From IMG/VR virus record IMGVR_UViG_3300042870_001240: a DNA stretch of 64,000 nucleotides; one strand, given 5' to 3'. The notes under the pieces were generated by a model, which made no database searches, was not told the DNA's origin, and saw nothing but the letters and a program-made list of their open reading frames with translations. Within the stretch, counting starts at the first letter, position 1. Each line of letters opens with the position of its first letter. Positions 48,208-57,774 of the stretch are shown one piece after another. The DNA comes from a virus (taxonomy: Duplodnaviria; Caudoviricetes). A program made the position numbers and the translations under genes.

Positions 48208-49329
48208 TTAATTTGATAACGGTGCTTTTATACTTGGATGTGATTCATAGTTTTCTAGTATCACATCTCCAACTGAACTACAGAATATACCATCCCTAAC
48301 GTGTACCGTTGGTAACTTCATAGGTTCTCTACTAATTTGTTCTTTCGCCTGTTCAATATGATTTGAATATAAGTGAACGTCACCTAGATTACCAATCAAT
48401 TCATCAGGAACCATATTCATCTCATCGGCAATCATCATCAATAATAAACCGTATGATGCAATATTGAACGGTAGTCCAAGTAGTGTATCTACTGAACGTT
48501 GATTCCACATTAGAGAGATTGCTCGTTTAGGGTACCCATTATCATCTAACCATTTAGAGTATGAATAATCTCTATCCAGACTATCATTATGACCAAATAA
48601 ATCACATCTTCCTTTATGACTCAACTCTCTTGTATAAACTTGAAAACCATAATGACAAGGTGGAAGCACCATTTTATCTATCTCACCTACATTCCAAGCA
48701 TTAACCATTAATCGTCTTGAGTCTGGATTTGTTTTAAGGTCGTTGATTAGGTTTTGAATTTGGTCAATTGAATTATTTTGGTACGTTACTTTAACATCAT
48801 ATTTACTATAATCACCACCATCATGAATTAAGTCCATAACTTTAACTTTGTCAGAACTTTTTACATTTTCTAAATCATAATTTACTACATTCTTTCTTCC
48901 CCACTTTCTCCACTGCTTACCATAAATTGGACCTAATTCACCCCACTTCTCAGCAAACTCATCATCTGTTTTGATTTTGTTGATGAATTCTTCTATTGTT
49001 AAAAGTATAGGTCTAACTCCATACTCCCCAATTTTACTGCCTTCTTTAAGAATATAGTACTTATACGCATCACCATCCCAAATATGACAATTGTTATCAA
49101 CAAGGAATTTAATGTGTGTATCACCTCGTAAGAACCAAAGAAGTTCTGTTACAATTGATTTCCAAGCCATCTTTTTAGTTGTGAGTAAAGGAAACCCATC
49201 ACTCATTTTATGACGTATTTGTCTACCAAACACTGATAGTGTTCCCGTGCCTGTTCTGTCTTGTTTAGTCACTCCATTATCTAAGATGTCTTGAAGTAGG
49301 TCTGTGTATTGTTTATCTAATTTATTCAT
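48208..49329 (-). CDS. thyA: Thymidylate synthase
   Basis: DRTGTGT, LGPIYGKQWR, LPPCH, QRSVD, GLPFNIASY. Confidence 0.95.
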   Translation of the reverse strand: MNKLDKQYTDLLQDILDNGVTKQDRTGTGTLSVFGRQIRHKMSDGFPLLTTKKMAWKSIVTELLWFLRGDTHIKFLVDNNCHIWDGDAYKYYILKEGSKIGEYGVRPILLTIEEFINKIKTDDEFAEKWGELGPIYGKQWRKWGRKNVVNYDLENVKSSDKVKVMDLIHDGGDYSKYDVKVTYQNNSIDQIQNLINDLKTNPDSRRLMVNAWNVGEIDKMVLPPCHYGFQVYTRELSHKGRCDLFGHNDSLDRDYSYSKWLDDNGYPKRAISLMWNQRSVDTLLGLPFNIASYGLLLMMIADEMNMVPDELIGNLGDVHLYSNHIEQAKEQISREPMKLPTVHVRDGIFCSSVGDVILENYESHPSIKAPLSN

Positions 49330-50005
49330 AACTTTCTATTGTTTTATTGTTGTATGTTATTGTGATTAGTTTGGTTGGTATGTTTAAGTCACTTAGTAAA
49401 TGATGTCTTTCTACATCATCTGGTCTTTGGTCTATACCGCCAGTATAAATTGGGTTATTAAAAGCGTATGTATATAAATCTTGTCTAATTTCTTTATTGA
49501 TTTTATCTGCCAATAATAATCTTTCTTCCAAACTCAACTCTCTTTCCTCAATCTTTAATCCCCACTTTTCAGAGAACTCTGGATTGGTTTTACATTTGTT
49601 GATGAATTCTTCTTGTGTTATTCCGTTATAATGACCAGGTGGTGAAATGTGTGTTTCACCATTTTCAGTTTTAATAACTTTAGTTTGTGTATAGTTCTTA
49701 TAAGCCTCATCAATTATTGATGTTGAATATTCCACGTCTTCATAAGCACCGTCAGGTCCAATTTGAAAATCATCACTTACGTATGGTTCATTTTCCAATC
49801 CGTCCATTAAAGTTACATCCCAATCATTATCAATATCCTGAGCATGTTTTAACTCTGCATCATAAAACGATTGAATATCAAATTCAATTGGTCCATACTC
49901 TCCATCAGAACAATCAAATACAATTTTATCACCTACAAACTTTATGTATGCGTTTCTCGACCACTTAGAGTCACCTTGATATATTACTGTTTCTTTGTTG
50001 TTCAT
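49322..50005 (-). CDS. Hypothetical protein
   Basis: ORF translationally coupled to thyA. Confidence 0.65.
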   Translation of the reverse strand: MNNKETVIYQGDSKWSRNAYIKFVGDKIVFDCSDGEYGPIEFDIQSFYDAELKHAQDIDNDWDVTLMDGLENEPYVSDDFQIGPDGAYEDVEYSTSIIDEAYKNYTQTKVIKTENGETHISPPGHYNGITQEEFINKCKTNPEFSEKWGLKIEERELSLEERLLLADKINKEIRQDLYTYAFNNPIYTGGIDQRPDDVERHHLLSDLNIPTKLITITYNNKTIESYE

Positions 50006-50009
50006 CTTA

Positions 50010-50459
50010 TTATAATTTTGTCATCCATAAATAATATTCTGTAGTATTGGATGACCCCATTGAGATATCAACAAATCGAGCACCAAGAATACTTCCCAAA
50101 ATAACATTATTATCGTTTATATTACCACTTAAATTACCAAACGGAGTATTATTTATTGTTAAATTATAAACCGACCCCGTGCAATAAAAACTATATGTGG
50201 ACGCATAAGAATTATAATGATAATTTGTGTTATTGTCAAAAGTTAAAGTGTCGTTTAATGGTAAAATTGTTCCGTATTGTCCGACTCTATATTGAGTGAT
50301 TACCCATGTCTGACCTACAACGGTTTGAGGTGTTGTTATCGGTCCTGTATAAGGAGGAACAACGATTGGTTGATTGTTATTATTGTTTGGGGTTAATTCT
50401 TCTTTCTGACAAGAAAAAAGAAACACAGTTAAAATTACGAATAGAATACTTTTTTTCAT
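50010..50459 (-). CDS. Lipoprotein
   Basis: MKKSILFVILTVFLFSC-QKEE. Confidence 0.8.
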   Translation of the reverse strand: MKKSILFVILTVFLFSCQKEELTPNNNNNQPIVVPPYTGPITTPQTVVGQTWVITQYRVGQYGTILPLNDTLTFDNNTNYHYNSYASTYSFYCTGSVYNLTINNTPFGNLSGNINDNNVILGSILGARFVDISMGSSNTTEYYLWMTKL

Positions 50460-50530
50460 GGAATATTAGTTTTCACAAAAATAGTAAAAATATATCGAAA
50501 TATAAATAAAATATTATCTAAATAACTGGA

Positions 50531-51106
50531 TTATACTTTTTTATCCGCCGGTATGGAATCCGTCAATGATACCGTAAGACCTTTTCCGTATTCGTCTTGT
50601 CTTGATGGTTTTGTTGTGACAACATAATTAGGGTAAGTAAGAACTGCTTGGTCTTTAAGTTTAACTTCAATTCCTTTTCTATCCAAGATTCCTTTAACGA
50701 ACCTTTCACCTGATAAACCTAATTTACCTATAGTAGGGATACCTTTATTACTTACAAAGAAAACCCAATTACCTTCTTCCTTTGTAATTAATTTGGCAAT
50801 ACTATTACCAACTTTCGCCACGTCATTACTTTCCCATTCTTTACTACTTTCATTATAAACATAACCTAATTCAGATTCTTTAGGTAATTTCATGTTAGTT
50901 TTTACCGCCTTATTATTATTTTTTTGTCCCCAAACATTGAAAGTATCCCCATTAGACACAAAATATAATTTATTCGCCATTGTGTTTTCGGAATAACCAT
51001 CCTTTCTTGAGAACACATAGTCATATGTTGGTTCTGATTGTTCTCTAATAACTCTTTTTACAATATTTGCTAAATCGGTTTCGGTTAATCTTATTATTTT
51101 TGTCAT
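50531..51106 (-). CDS. Hypothetical protein with IIRLTETDL N-terminal motif
   Basis: MTKIIRLTETDLANIVKRVIREQ. Confidence 0.75.
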   Translation of the reverse strand: MTKIIRLTETDLANIVKRVIREQSEPTYDYVFSRKDGYSENTMANKLYFVSNGDTFNVWGQKNNNKAVKTNMKLPKESELGYVYNESSKEWESNDVAKVGNSIAKLITKEEGNWVFFVSNKGIPTIGKLGLSGERFVKGILDRKGIEVKLKDQAVLTYPNYVVTTKPSRQDEYGKGLTVSLTDSIPADKKV

Positions 51107-51189
51107 TCCCTATAATTTTATTTCAATAAATAGTTTGTTTTTAAGAAAAAAAGTTTTAGTTTTGTATTGTATCATTAAAACATATAAAA

Positions 51190-51588
51190 ATGAAAAAAAT
51201 ATTTCTAATTATCTCTATGAGTTTGTTATCAGTAACATTATTCTCACAAGTATTTCACAATCAAACTAGTAATAATCTACGATACGCTGGCGGATTAACC
51301 CCCCAAGTTTTTGAGATGTTAGATACTCAAGAAAGACAGATGTTGTTTGATTGTATTTCCGAGTGTGGTGTTAATAAAGATTCTGTTATTTGGATTCAAA
51401 AAAATGTTTACGACAATCTTGATAATCCTGATTATTACCACACAAAAATTGTTATAAAAAGAACTTCAAGTAGAATTTCAATTTCTAAAGTTTACGATGG
51501 TCTCAACACTCTTGAAAAACCTCAATTTATGGTGTTTATTGACCGATATAACGGTGAAACTGAAATCCTACTACAAATGTATTATTAA
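51190..51588 (+). CDS. Secreted hypothetical protein
   Basis: Sec signal ending LFS-Q. Confidence 0.7.
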   Translation: MKKIFLIISMSLLSVTLFSQVFHNQTSNNLRYAGGLTPQVFEMLDTQERQMLFDCISECGVNKDSVIWIQKNVYDNLDNPDYYHTKIVIKRTSSRISISKVYDGLNTLEKPQFMVFIDRYNGETEILLQMYY

Positions 51589-51631
51589 AGAATTTGTATA
51601 ATAAAAAAACCCCTTAATTGGGGTTTTTTTA

Positions 51632-51916
51632 TTATTTTGTTTCTTGTTTTTTACAAAAAGGTTTACCATTTAAATTGAAAATAACATAATTGTCTTCAGT
51701 CGAACCACTTGTTAGTCCTAATTTACCAGAATTAAACCCTGAACAATCTCGTAAACTTTTTAATTTAGTTTCCGACATTTTTGTTACCGTTGTCGTAGTT
51801 GTTACCACGGGGCTTGTTGTTGCGGATGGTGGTGTTGCGGCAACTTGTTCATTAAGATATCTTTTTTCTAATATAAGATTAGCCTCTCGTATTTGTTTTG
51901 TTTTTCTATTAATCAT
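51632..51916 (-). CDS. Small hypothetical protein, candidate virion protein
   Basis: KQIREANLILEKRYLNEQ followed by a Thr-rich linker. Confidence 0.65.
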   Translation of the reverse strand: MINRKTKQIREANLILEKRYLNEQVAATPPSATTSPVVTTTTTVTKMSETKLKSLRDCSGFNSGKLGLTSGSTEDNYVIFNLNGKPFCKKQETK

Positions 51917-51940
51917 GTTGCAAATCTTTAGTAATAAATA

Positions 51941-52195
51941 TTACTGTTTTCTTCTTTTATAAACATAAGTAATAGTATCACCAATTTTATATATGTCATT
52001 TCTTCGTGTTTGTAAAACTTCACCACAATCGGTGTGATAAATATAAAACGGATTAACCTCAATTGTCGACCTTTCCATACGAACCTCAAGACTATCTATT
52101 ACACATTTCTTTACAATATCATTAGGTTCTATTTTATTATTGTTAACACAACCAATTATCGATAACAATACAGAGAATAAAATTAGTTTTTTCAT
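51941..52195 (-). CDS. Small lipoprotein
   Basis: MKKLILFSVLLSIIGC. Confidence 0.7.
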   Translation of the reverse strand: MKKLILFSVLLSIIGCVNNNKIEPNDIVKKCVIDSLEVRMERSTIEVNPFYIYHTDCGEVLQTRRNDIYKIGDTITYVYKRRKQ

Positions 52196-52257
52196 GTTTT
52201 TTTGTAGTAATCTTAGTGGATTTATGATTATAAATCAACTATTTTATATTTATAACT

Positions 52258-53424
52258 ATGAAAGGAATAATTAAAAATATACTGAACGAAGCTCTTGGTG
52301 TACCTGAAGGTATTTTAGAATCTGCCGAAAGACTATATAAAATGTGTTTTAGTAGGATTAGTAAGATTACTGACCCTATTTTAAATGGTTCTGATGAAGA
52401 AGACTATAAATTCATTATTAGGTCTAAATTTAAAATTTCGGATTATACTTTTACTAAAATTAATTTAACCATAAACTTTGTTGAAACCGACCAAGTTGAT
52501 ACCGTTGAGCTTTATTCCATGGGGATTAATCATCAGTCTCAATTTAATGACCGTTTATTAAAACTAATCACGATTATGTCTCCAAACGAAGTTAGTATTT
52601 CAATTCAATTTGCTCTAACAGATACCGCAAAAATTTCAGACGTTATTGAGTTATGTAAACGTTCTAAAGATATTATGACAGCATCATTATCTCACGAATT
52701 AAAACACGCATACGACCATTATAAAAAACCTACACAATCTATAACACAAATTTCTAAGTATCAGGGACTCCAAAAAACAGGGTTTCAAATAAAACCAATT
52801 AGTGTTTTTTTATATTATCTTTACTTTGTCCACGGTGTTGAAAATTTAGTTAGACCTACCGAACTTTCATCATTAATGAAATCTAATAAAATCGGTAAAA
52901 AGGATTTTTACGATTTTTTAACCAATAGTAAAATGTATACTATGATGAAAAACATTAATAATTTTACTTATGAAGGACTAAAGTCGGAGTTAAAAGATTA
53001 TATACCTCAAATAGACGAAATACTTGACAGAGTTAATGAAAAAACATTTAACACTGATGAAGAAAAAATTGATGAAATTTTAAGACTTGTTTATGTTAAC
53101 CTTATTAATAATACTCTTAACACCACTAAATCAATAATGGTAAATAACTTTACTGAGTCTATGTTAGGATTTGCGGGGGAAAAAGACGAACTTTTTAGAA
53201 AAATTGTTAAATCTGTTTTAAAATTTGAAGATAATGAAAAAAAGTTCTACCTTTTCGAGGAAAAGAAATTCAAACATATATCAGGAATTATGATGAAAAA
53301 ATTATCCAAACTTTATTCGATGGCAAAAGATGAAAAATCTTCAATTAAAAATTGGGATTTACACCATAAAATTAATCGAACAAATGAGAATATACAATCG
53401 GAATATAAATTTAAGAGAAAATAG
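52258..53424 (+). CDS. HExxH zincin-like protein with ILNE site
   Basis: MKGIIKNILNEALGV; LSHELKH...VENLVRPTE. Confidence 0.6.
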   Translation: MKGIIKNILNEALGVPEGILESAERLYKMCFSRISKITDPILNGSDEEDYKFIIRSKFKISDYTFTKINLTINFVETDQVDTVELYSMGINHQSQFNDRLLKLITIMSPNEVSISIQFALTDTAKISDVIELCKRSKDIMTASLSHELKHAYDHYKKPTQSITQISKYQGLQKTGFQIKPISVFLYYLYFVHGVENLVRPTELSSLMKSNKIGKKDFYDFLTNSKMYTMMKNINNFTYEGLKSELKDYIPQIDEILDRVNEKTFNTDEEKIDEILRLVYVNLINNTLNTTKSIMVNNFTESMLGFAGEKDELFRKIVKSVLKFEDNEKKFYLFEEKKFKHISGIMMKKLSKLYSMAKDEKSSIKNWDLHHKINRTNENIQSEYKFKRK

Positions 53425-53495
53425 AGATAAGTTTAAACTCACTTATCATATTTTAGATTAATCGTATTTTATGAATACATTTATATTTATTAGTT

Positions 53496-54284
53496 ATGGA
53501 ACCAAATAGACTACTTTTATTATCAAAAAAATTACACCCATCGTTAAGAACCAAGACTCCATCGGTCATCAGCCAATTAATTTTAAAGGACATTCATTAC
53601 GAACCAATTAGAAATCTTTTAACAGGTAAAGAAATAATCATTTTATCGTTTTTAATTAATGGTCTGAATAGAACTGAGGACATTAATAGTTTGTATGAAC
53701 AAATTGTAAGCGGTATGTTTGTTTTTTCAATCCTTGAGGTTGATGATGTGGAACCTGAATACAATTGTGAAAATTGTGGGGGAGATGGGGATGTCATGTG
53801 TAATAACTGTGATGGTACTGGTGATGTTGATTGTTCAGATTGTGATGGGGACGGAGAAATTTATTCAAGCGATGATGATGGTGGAGGTACCTGTAATACG
53901 TGTCAAGGAGGTGGTAATGTCGTGTGTGACGAATGTAATGGTTCTGGTCGTGAGACTTGTTCAGAATGTTATGGTTCAGGTGCCACTTCCAAATACGGTT
54001 ATGTGACAATAACTCAAGATTTCTATGTAAGTTATGACCCTAAAATATATTCTTTATTAGAAACAAAAGATGAAGAAAGTGAAATGGATTCTGAGATTGA
54101 CCATAAAATTACAAAATCGTCAAGAACATTTATTTTTGATAGATTAGAGGGTGATACCGATAAGTTACCTAGCGAAGCATCAAATGAAGATAGAATTTTT
54201 GTTGGAATAGATAAAGGTGATGTTGAGTTTGGAAAGGGGTCGGATAAATTAATTGATTATAATAGTTTAGAACAATACATATAA
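53496..54284 (+). CDS. DnaJ-type zinc-finger repeat protein without J domain
   Basis: Six CxxCxGxG repeats; no HPD motif. Confidence 0.75.
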   Translation: MEPNRLLLLSKKLHPSLRTKTPSVISQLILKDIHYEPIRNLLTGKEIIILSFLINGLNRTEDINSLYEQIVSGMFVFSILEVDDVEPEYNCENCGGDGDVMCNNCDGTGDVDCSDCDGDGEIYSSDDDGGGTCNTCQGGGNVVCDECNGSGRETCSECYGSGATSKYGYVTITQDFYVSYDPKIYSLLETKDEESEMDSEIDHKITKSSRTFIFDRLEGDTDKLPSEASNEDRIFVGIDKGDVEFGKGSDKLIDYNSLEQYI

Positions 54285-54311
54285 GACCAATAATTTCACT
54301 ATATTTGTCAA

Positions 54312-54659
54312 ATGGAACCCATTAAAGACAACGGAGTTAAATTATTGAAAAAGTTCACCTTAAAAAAAGAATACCCATTTGACAATGGGTATGTAAAAGG
54401 TTTTTATGTAATCACCTCAATAAAAAAAACACCATGTCGATGGTTTGGTTTTGAGTTCTTCGTTAAGATAGATGTGATTAATTGTGAATACTTTACATCA
54501 GGAAATTATTGGCACAAACCTGACCCTAAAACATTTAAGAAAAATAAAATTAGGGTTAATCGAATGTTAAAACCGACCATTGGTCAATACCTCGGAACTC
54601 AATTTAAATTTTTTAGTGAAGACTACAGGGTAACTGTATTATCCGTTAAATGGAAATAA
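54312..54659 (+). CDS. Hypothetical protein
   Basis: ORF; TATATTTG 4 nt before the ATG. Confidence 0.65.
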   Translation: MEPIKDNGVKLLKKFTLKKEYPFDNGYVKGFYVITSIKKTPCRWFGFEFFVKIDVINCEYFTSGNYWHKPDPKTFKKNKIRVNRMLKPTIGQYLGTQFKFFSEDYRVTVLSVKWK

Positions 54660-55160
54660 TTATTTTTTTTCTTTAATGTCGATATAGTCGTTAACCTCAA
54701 GAGTACATAAAGTTTTTGGGATTGATACTAAACTAACATCATAGGTGTAAAATAGTTGATATTCTTCAGGTAATGCTTGATATAGAGTCTTAAATAAATT
54801 TTTAAGTTGTCTTCCATGGTTATACCCCTTTTCGAAGTGTTCATCCTGACCACTTTTATTACCCCACGAATAGTCAGAACCAAGATACGAGAATAATGAC
54901 GAGGTTTTAGGTAACACCATTTCAGGTCGTTCAGCATAAAAAGGTCTGATTGGTTCATTATAGTATTTTGAAACAAGATTCCAATCAACATATAAATCAA
55001 TGTAAAGATGAGCATCGTATTTTTGCCAATCAGGAAATAATTCCCACCAAAGTATAAACGGATATTTTTTTGCGGCGGATTTTACGACAAGGTCAATTCC
55101 TCGTCTTTGTTTTTCTGTTAAGTTTTTATCTCTTGATGTTAAAAATTTATTGTCACTCAT
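54660..55160 (-). CDS. Hypothetical protein
   Basis: ORF; TATTTAT upstream. Confidence 0.65.
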   Translation of the reverse strand: MSDNKFLTSRDKNLTEKQRRGIDLVVKSAAKKYPFILWWELFPDWQKYDAHLYIDLYVDWNLVSKYYNEPIRPFYAERPEMVLPKTSSLFSYLGSDYSWGNKSGQDEHFEKGYNHGRQLKNLFKTLYQALPEEYQLFYTYDVSLVSIPKTLCTLEVNDYIDIKEKK

Positions 55161-55250
55161 ATATTAATAAATATACGTAAACATAGAGTTGGTTTCAATC
55201 CATAAGATAAATTGTTAGTAAAAAAATCCCTCTTTGTTAGAGGGGGTTAA

Positions 55251-55436
55251 TTAACTTAACATTGCACGAATCGTATTCATTATTTGAATTTGTTTCGTTT
55301 GGAGTTGTTTGATTCTTGAGGTTTGGCTATCGTTCATTTCAATGTTCTCACCTTTAATTTCAGAAACTTGGTTTCCAAGTTTAGTGTGTTCATTTAATAA
55401 TTTTCCGTATTGGTCTGCTTTCTGTTGGTTGTTCAT
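55251..55436 (-). CDS. Small coiled-coil hypothetical protein
   Basis: ORF of 61 aa followed by a terminator at ~55221-55248. Confidence 0.6.
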   Translation of the reverse strand: MNNQQKADQYGKLLNEHTKLGNQVSEIKGENIEMNDSQTSRIKQLQTKQIQIMNTIRAMLS

Positions 55437-55500
55437 AGTCTAATAATAACATAGTTTATTTAATATTAAATACCATAATTAATAATTTATATAACTCCAC

Positions 55501-55537
55501 CGAAAAACCCACAAATCTTTAGTTTGTGGGATGTAAA
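55501..55537 (+). mobile_element. IS200/IS605 left-end-like hairpin
   Basis: CCCACAAA-TCTTTAG-TTTGTGGG-ATGTAA; second copy at 31529. Confidence 0.55.
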
Positions 55538-55601
55538 GTGGTTTTAGTTAGTTGACTTTTAAAACATTATAGTCCATAATTTAATTATGGAACTACCTAA
55601 T

Positions 55602-56045
55602 TTAGTATGAAACAAATCCATTTGCAATGTTATTGAATAAACTAAGTGCGTTTTTTTCATTTCCAATAAATTTTTCACGTTTCTGTACCGATTTAGGTGT
55701 GTAAAGAACACTGTAAAATAACACTCCTTGAGATTTATAAATCTCAAATTCTCCATATTCTAACTTTTTACCGTCCTTATAAAACTCCCAAGATAAAGGT
55801 TTTTTAATATCAAAACCACCTAAGTTTGTAATTCGAGCGTTAGGTGGAAGTTTAACAACAACTGATGATGAAATCGAATTGGGTTGTTTCCATATACCAT
55901 TTTTTCCTTTTGGATTCATATAGGATAAAAACATATCCAATGATTTTATTTCTTCAGGTGTTAATTTAGTATCAGATTGTTCCTCGATAACTCTTTTAAT
56001 GATGCGGGTTAAATCGTTTTCAGTTAGTCTTACTACTTTTTTCAT
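55602..56045 (-). CDS. Hypothetical protein with VVRLTENDL N-terminal motif (start ATG 56045)
   Basis: MKKVVRLTENDLTRIIKRVIEEQ. Confidence 0.75.
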   Translation of the reverse strand: MKKVVRLTENDLTRIIKRVIEEQSDTKLTPEEIKSLDMFLSYMNPKGKNGIWKQPNSISSSVVVKLPPNARITNLGGFDIKKPLSWEFYKDGKKLEYGEFEIYKSQGVLFYSVLYTPKSVQKREKFIGNEKNALSLFNNIANGFVSY

Positions 56046-56106
56046 AATTATATTTTTAATATAAATATCTATCAAAAAAAAAAACGATTTTTCTGAAAAA
56101 ATATTT

Positions 56107-56220
56107 TTAACCTTGATTTAAAATATATTCTCTAATTGTTTCTGGTGATGCTTCACCAATTGAACAAACAAAATAACCATCAGACCAAAAAGTTTTTTCT
56201 AACCAAAATTCTTGACTTAA
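56107..56220 (-). pseudogene. tnpA: IS200/IS605 Y1 transposase, C-terminal remnant
   Basis: LSQEFWLEKTFWSDGYFVCSIGEASPETIREYILNQG*; catalytic-Tyr helix present, HUH half missing. Confidence 0.85.
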
Positions 56221-56360
56221 AACATCCTTAAACAAGGAATAAACATATTGTCTGGTTATGGAATAGAATCGGACATTAAACAAAAACAGGAGGAGGCGTT
56301 GCCATTAGGTAAGTCTGTGATTTCTGAAGCCCAACCATCTTTAGTGGTTGGGTAGTTCAC
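56221..56360 (+). mobile_element. tnpB: tnpB 3' remnant plus IS605-type right end (omega-RNA region)
   Basis: NILKQGINILSGYGIESDIKQKQEEALPLGKSVISEAQPSLVVG*; end hairpin CCCAACCA-TCTTTAG-TGGTTGGG followed by TAGTTCAC. Confidence 0.75.
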
Positions 56361-57082
56361 GGTAACATGGAATAATAATCATTTTCAAATTGAGGGACTA
56401 ATAATACTTTACCTGAAGATTTTATACCCAATCTGTCGGCCCATTCATACAATTCTTTATTTGGTCTATCACCCATTCCAGATATATGATAAGTTGACAT
56501 CCCCCATCTATAAATCATGGTAGGTTTTCTATTGGCGTCAAATATCTTTGCGTTATTCTTGAAGGTTATGTCAAAGTCTTCACCCCAACTTTTATCAGGG
56601 AATGTGATTCTATTTAAATATGATTTGGTATACACATTACCATTATTAACCATCCCACTAATTTTAACATACTTATTATTTTCAAAGTAATAGTGGTTAT
56701 TACTACGATATATTTCATAACCAGGTCGAGATTTAATATCGTCCTCTGTTAATTTTAATGCGTTTGGAGCCAATAAGTCATCATCGTCTAATCTATAAAT
56801 GTAATCAAAATTACACTGACTAAATCCCCATCTTAACTTTTCAGAGATTGATGAGAACCTTTCAGAACAATTATAAATTTTAATTTGTGGGTGGTTAAAT
56901 ACATATTCGACATCAGGATAGTCATTAATAATTACCATTTCGGATGTCGGGTTGTTTTGTAATAAAAAAGACTGTATTGATTCCTCCAATAGAGGTTGTC
57001 TCTGATAGGTGAGAGTTAGTACTGAAATCATAAGGAAAAGATAAATTATTGATGAGTTATGTAAACCATGATTACAAATCAA
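56357..57082 (-). CDS. GT2-family glycosyltransferase (start probably MISVLT)
   Basis: ISVLTLTY, IIND, RLDDDD, GEDFD; stop codon lies inside the IS right end. Confidence 0.85.
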   Translation of the reverse strand: MICNHGLHNSSIIYLFLMISVLTLTYQRQPLLEESIQSFLLQNNPTSEMVIINDYPDVEYVFNHPQIKIYNCSERFSSISEKLRWGFSQCNFDYIYRLDDDDLLAPNALKLTEDDIKSRPGYEIYRSNNHYYFENNKYVKISGMVNNGNVYTKSYLNRITFPDKSWGEDFDITFKNNAKIFDANRKPTMIYRWGMSTYHISGMGDRPNKELYEWADRLGIKSSGKVLLVPQFENDYYSMLP

Positions 57083-57401
57083 TAATTACTAATTGTTTAA
57101 ACTGAAAATCCCATTTAGAACCATATTCTTCAACCTCAAGACCAAACATTGAATCAACATTTCTTCTAATTGGTTTTGATATTTCCTTTAATTGATGGGT
57201 TTTATATAACCCCACCGAATTGTTCAATACAATATTAATAATCGTACGACTAATCGTCCTATCATCATCATTGTCAAAATCCCCTGACGCCAAAAAAACC
57301 TTTGTTTCGGTAAAGTAAACTTTCTCCACCTCAGGATAGTTCTTGAGTATATAGGACTCTATAGTTTCGGTTAATTTATTTTCTGTTATTATATATTTCA
57401 T
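57072..57401 (-). CDS. Small protein with MKYIITE N-terminal motif
   Basis: MKYIITENKL. Confidence 0.75.
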   Translation of the reverse strand: MKYIITENKLTETIESYILKNYPEVEKVYFTETKVFLASGDFDNDDDRTISRTIINIVLNNSVGLYKTHQLKEISKPIRRNVDSMFGLEVEEYGSKWDFQFKQLVIIDL

Positions 57402-57413
57402 TTCTTTTTTAAA

Positions 57414-57752
57414 TTATAGGTCTGTTAAAACCCAAGTTCTTTTACCATATACATTAACCCTAGGTGTTAGGTCGTTTAAATTATAGGTCTCTCCCAACCA
57501 TTGTTTTATAATATCCTCTATTTGTTTAGATTCCAACCCAAAAATGGATTTTAAAAACGACCAAATTTCATCGTTATTTATATAAACATCCCTATTTTTA
57601 TCATCATGATAATAGTAAAATAATATTAGTTTATTTTCATTAATATAAAATGTTTTACCATTTCTAACTATTGGTTTTAAATCACCAAACTTATCGTTAA
57701 ACCATTTCATGATTATCTGATTTATTCTATTTTCTGTTATTATATATTTCAT
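57414..57752 (-). CDS. Small protein with MKYIITE N-terminal motif
   Basis: MKYIITENRI. Confidence 0.75.
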   Translation of the reverse strand: MKYIITENRINQIIMKWFNDKFGDLKPIVRNGKTFYINENKLILFYYYHDDKNRDVYINNDEIWSFLKSIFGLESKQIEDIIKQWLGETYNLNDLTPRVNVYGKRTWVLTDL

Positions 57753-57774
57753 TTCTTTAAATTAGTCAAAAATA

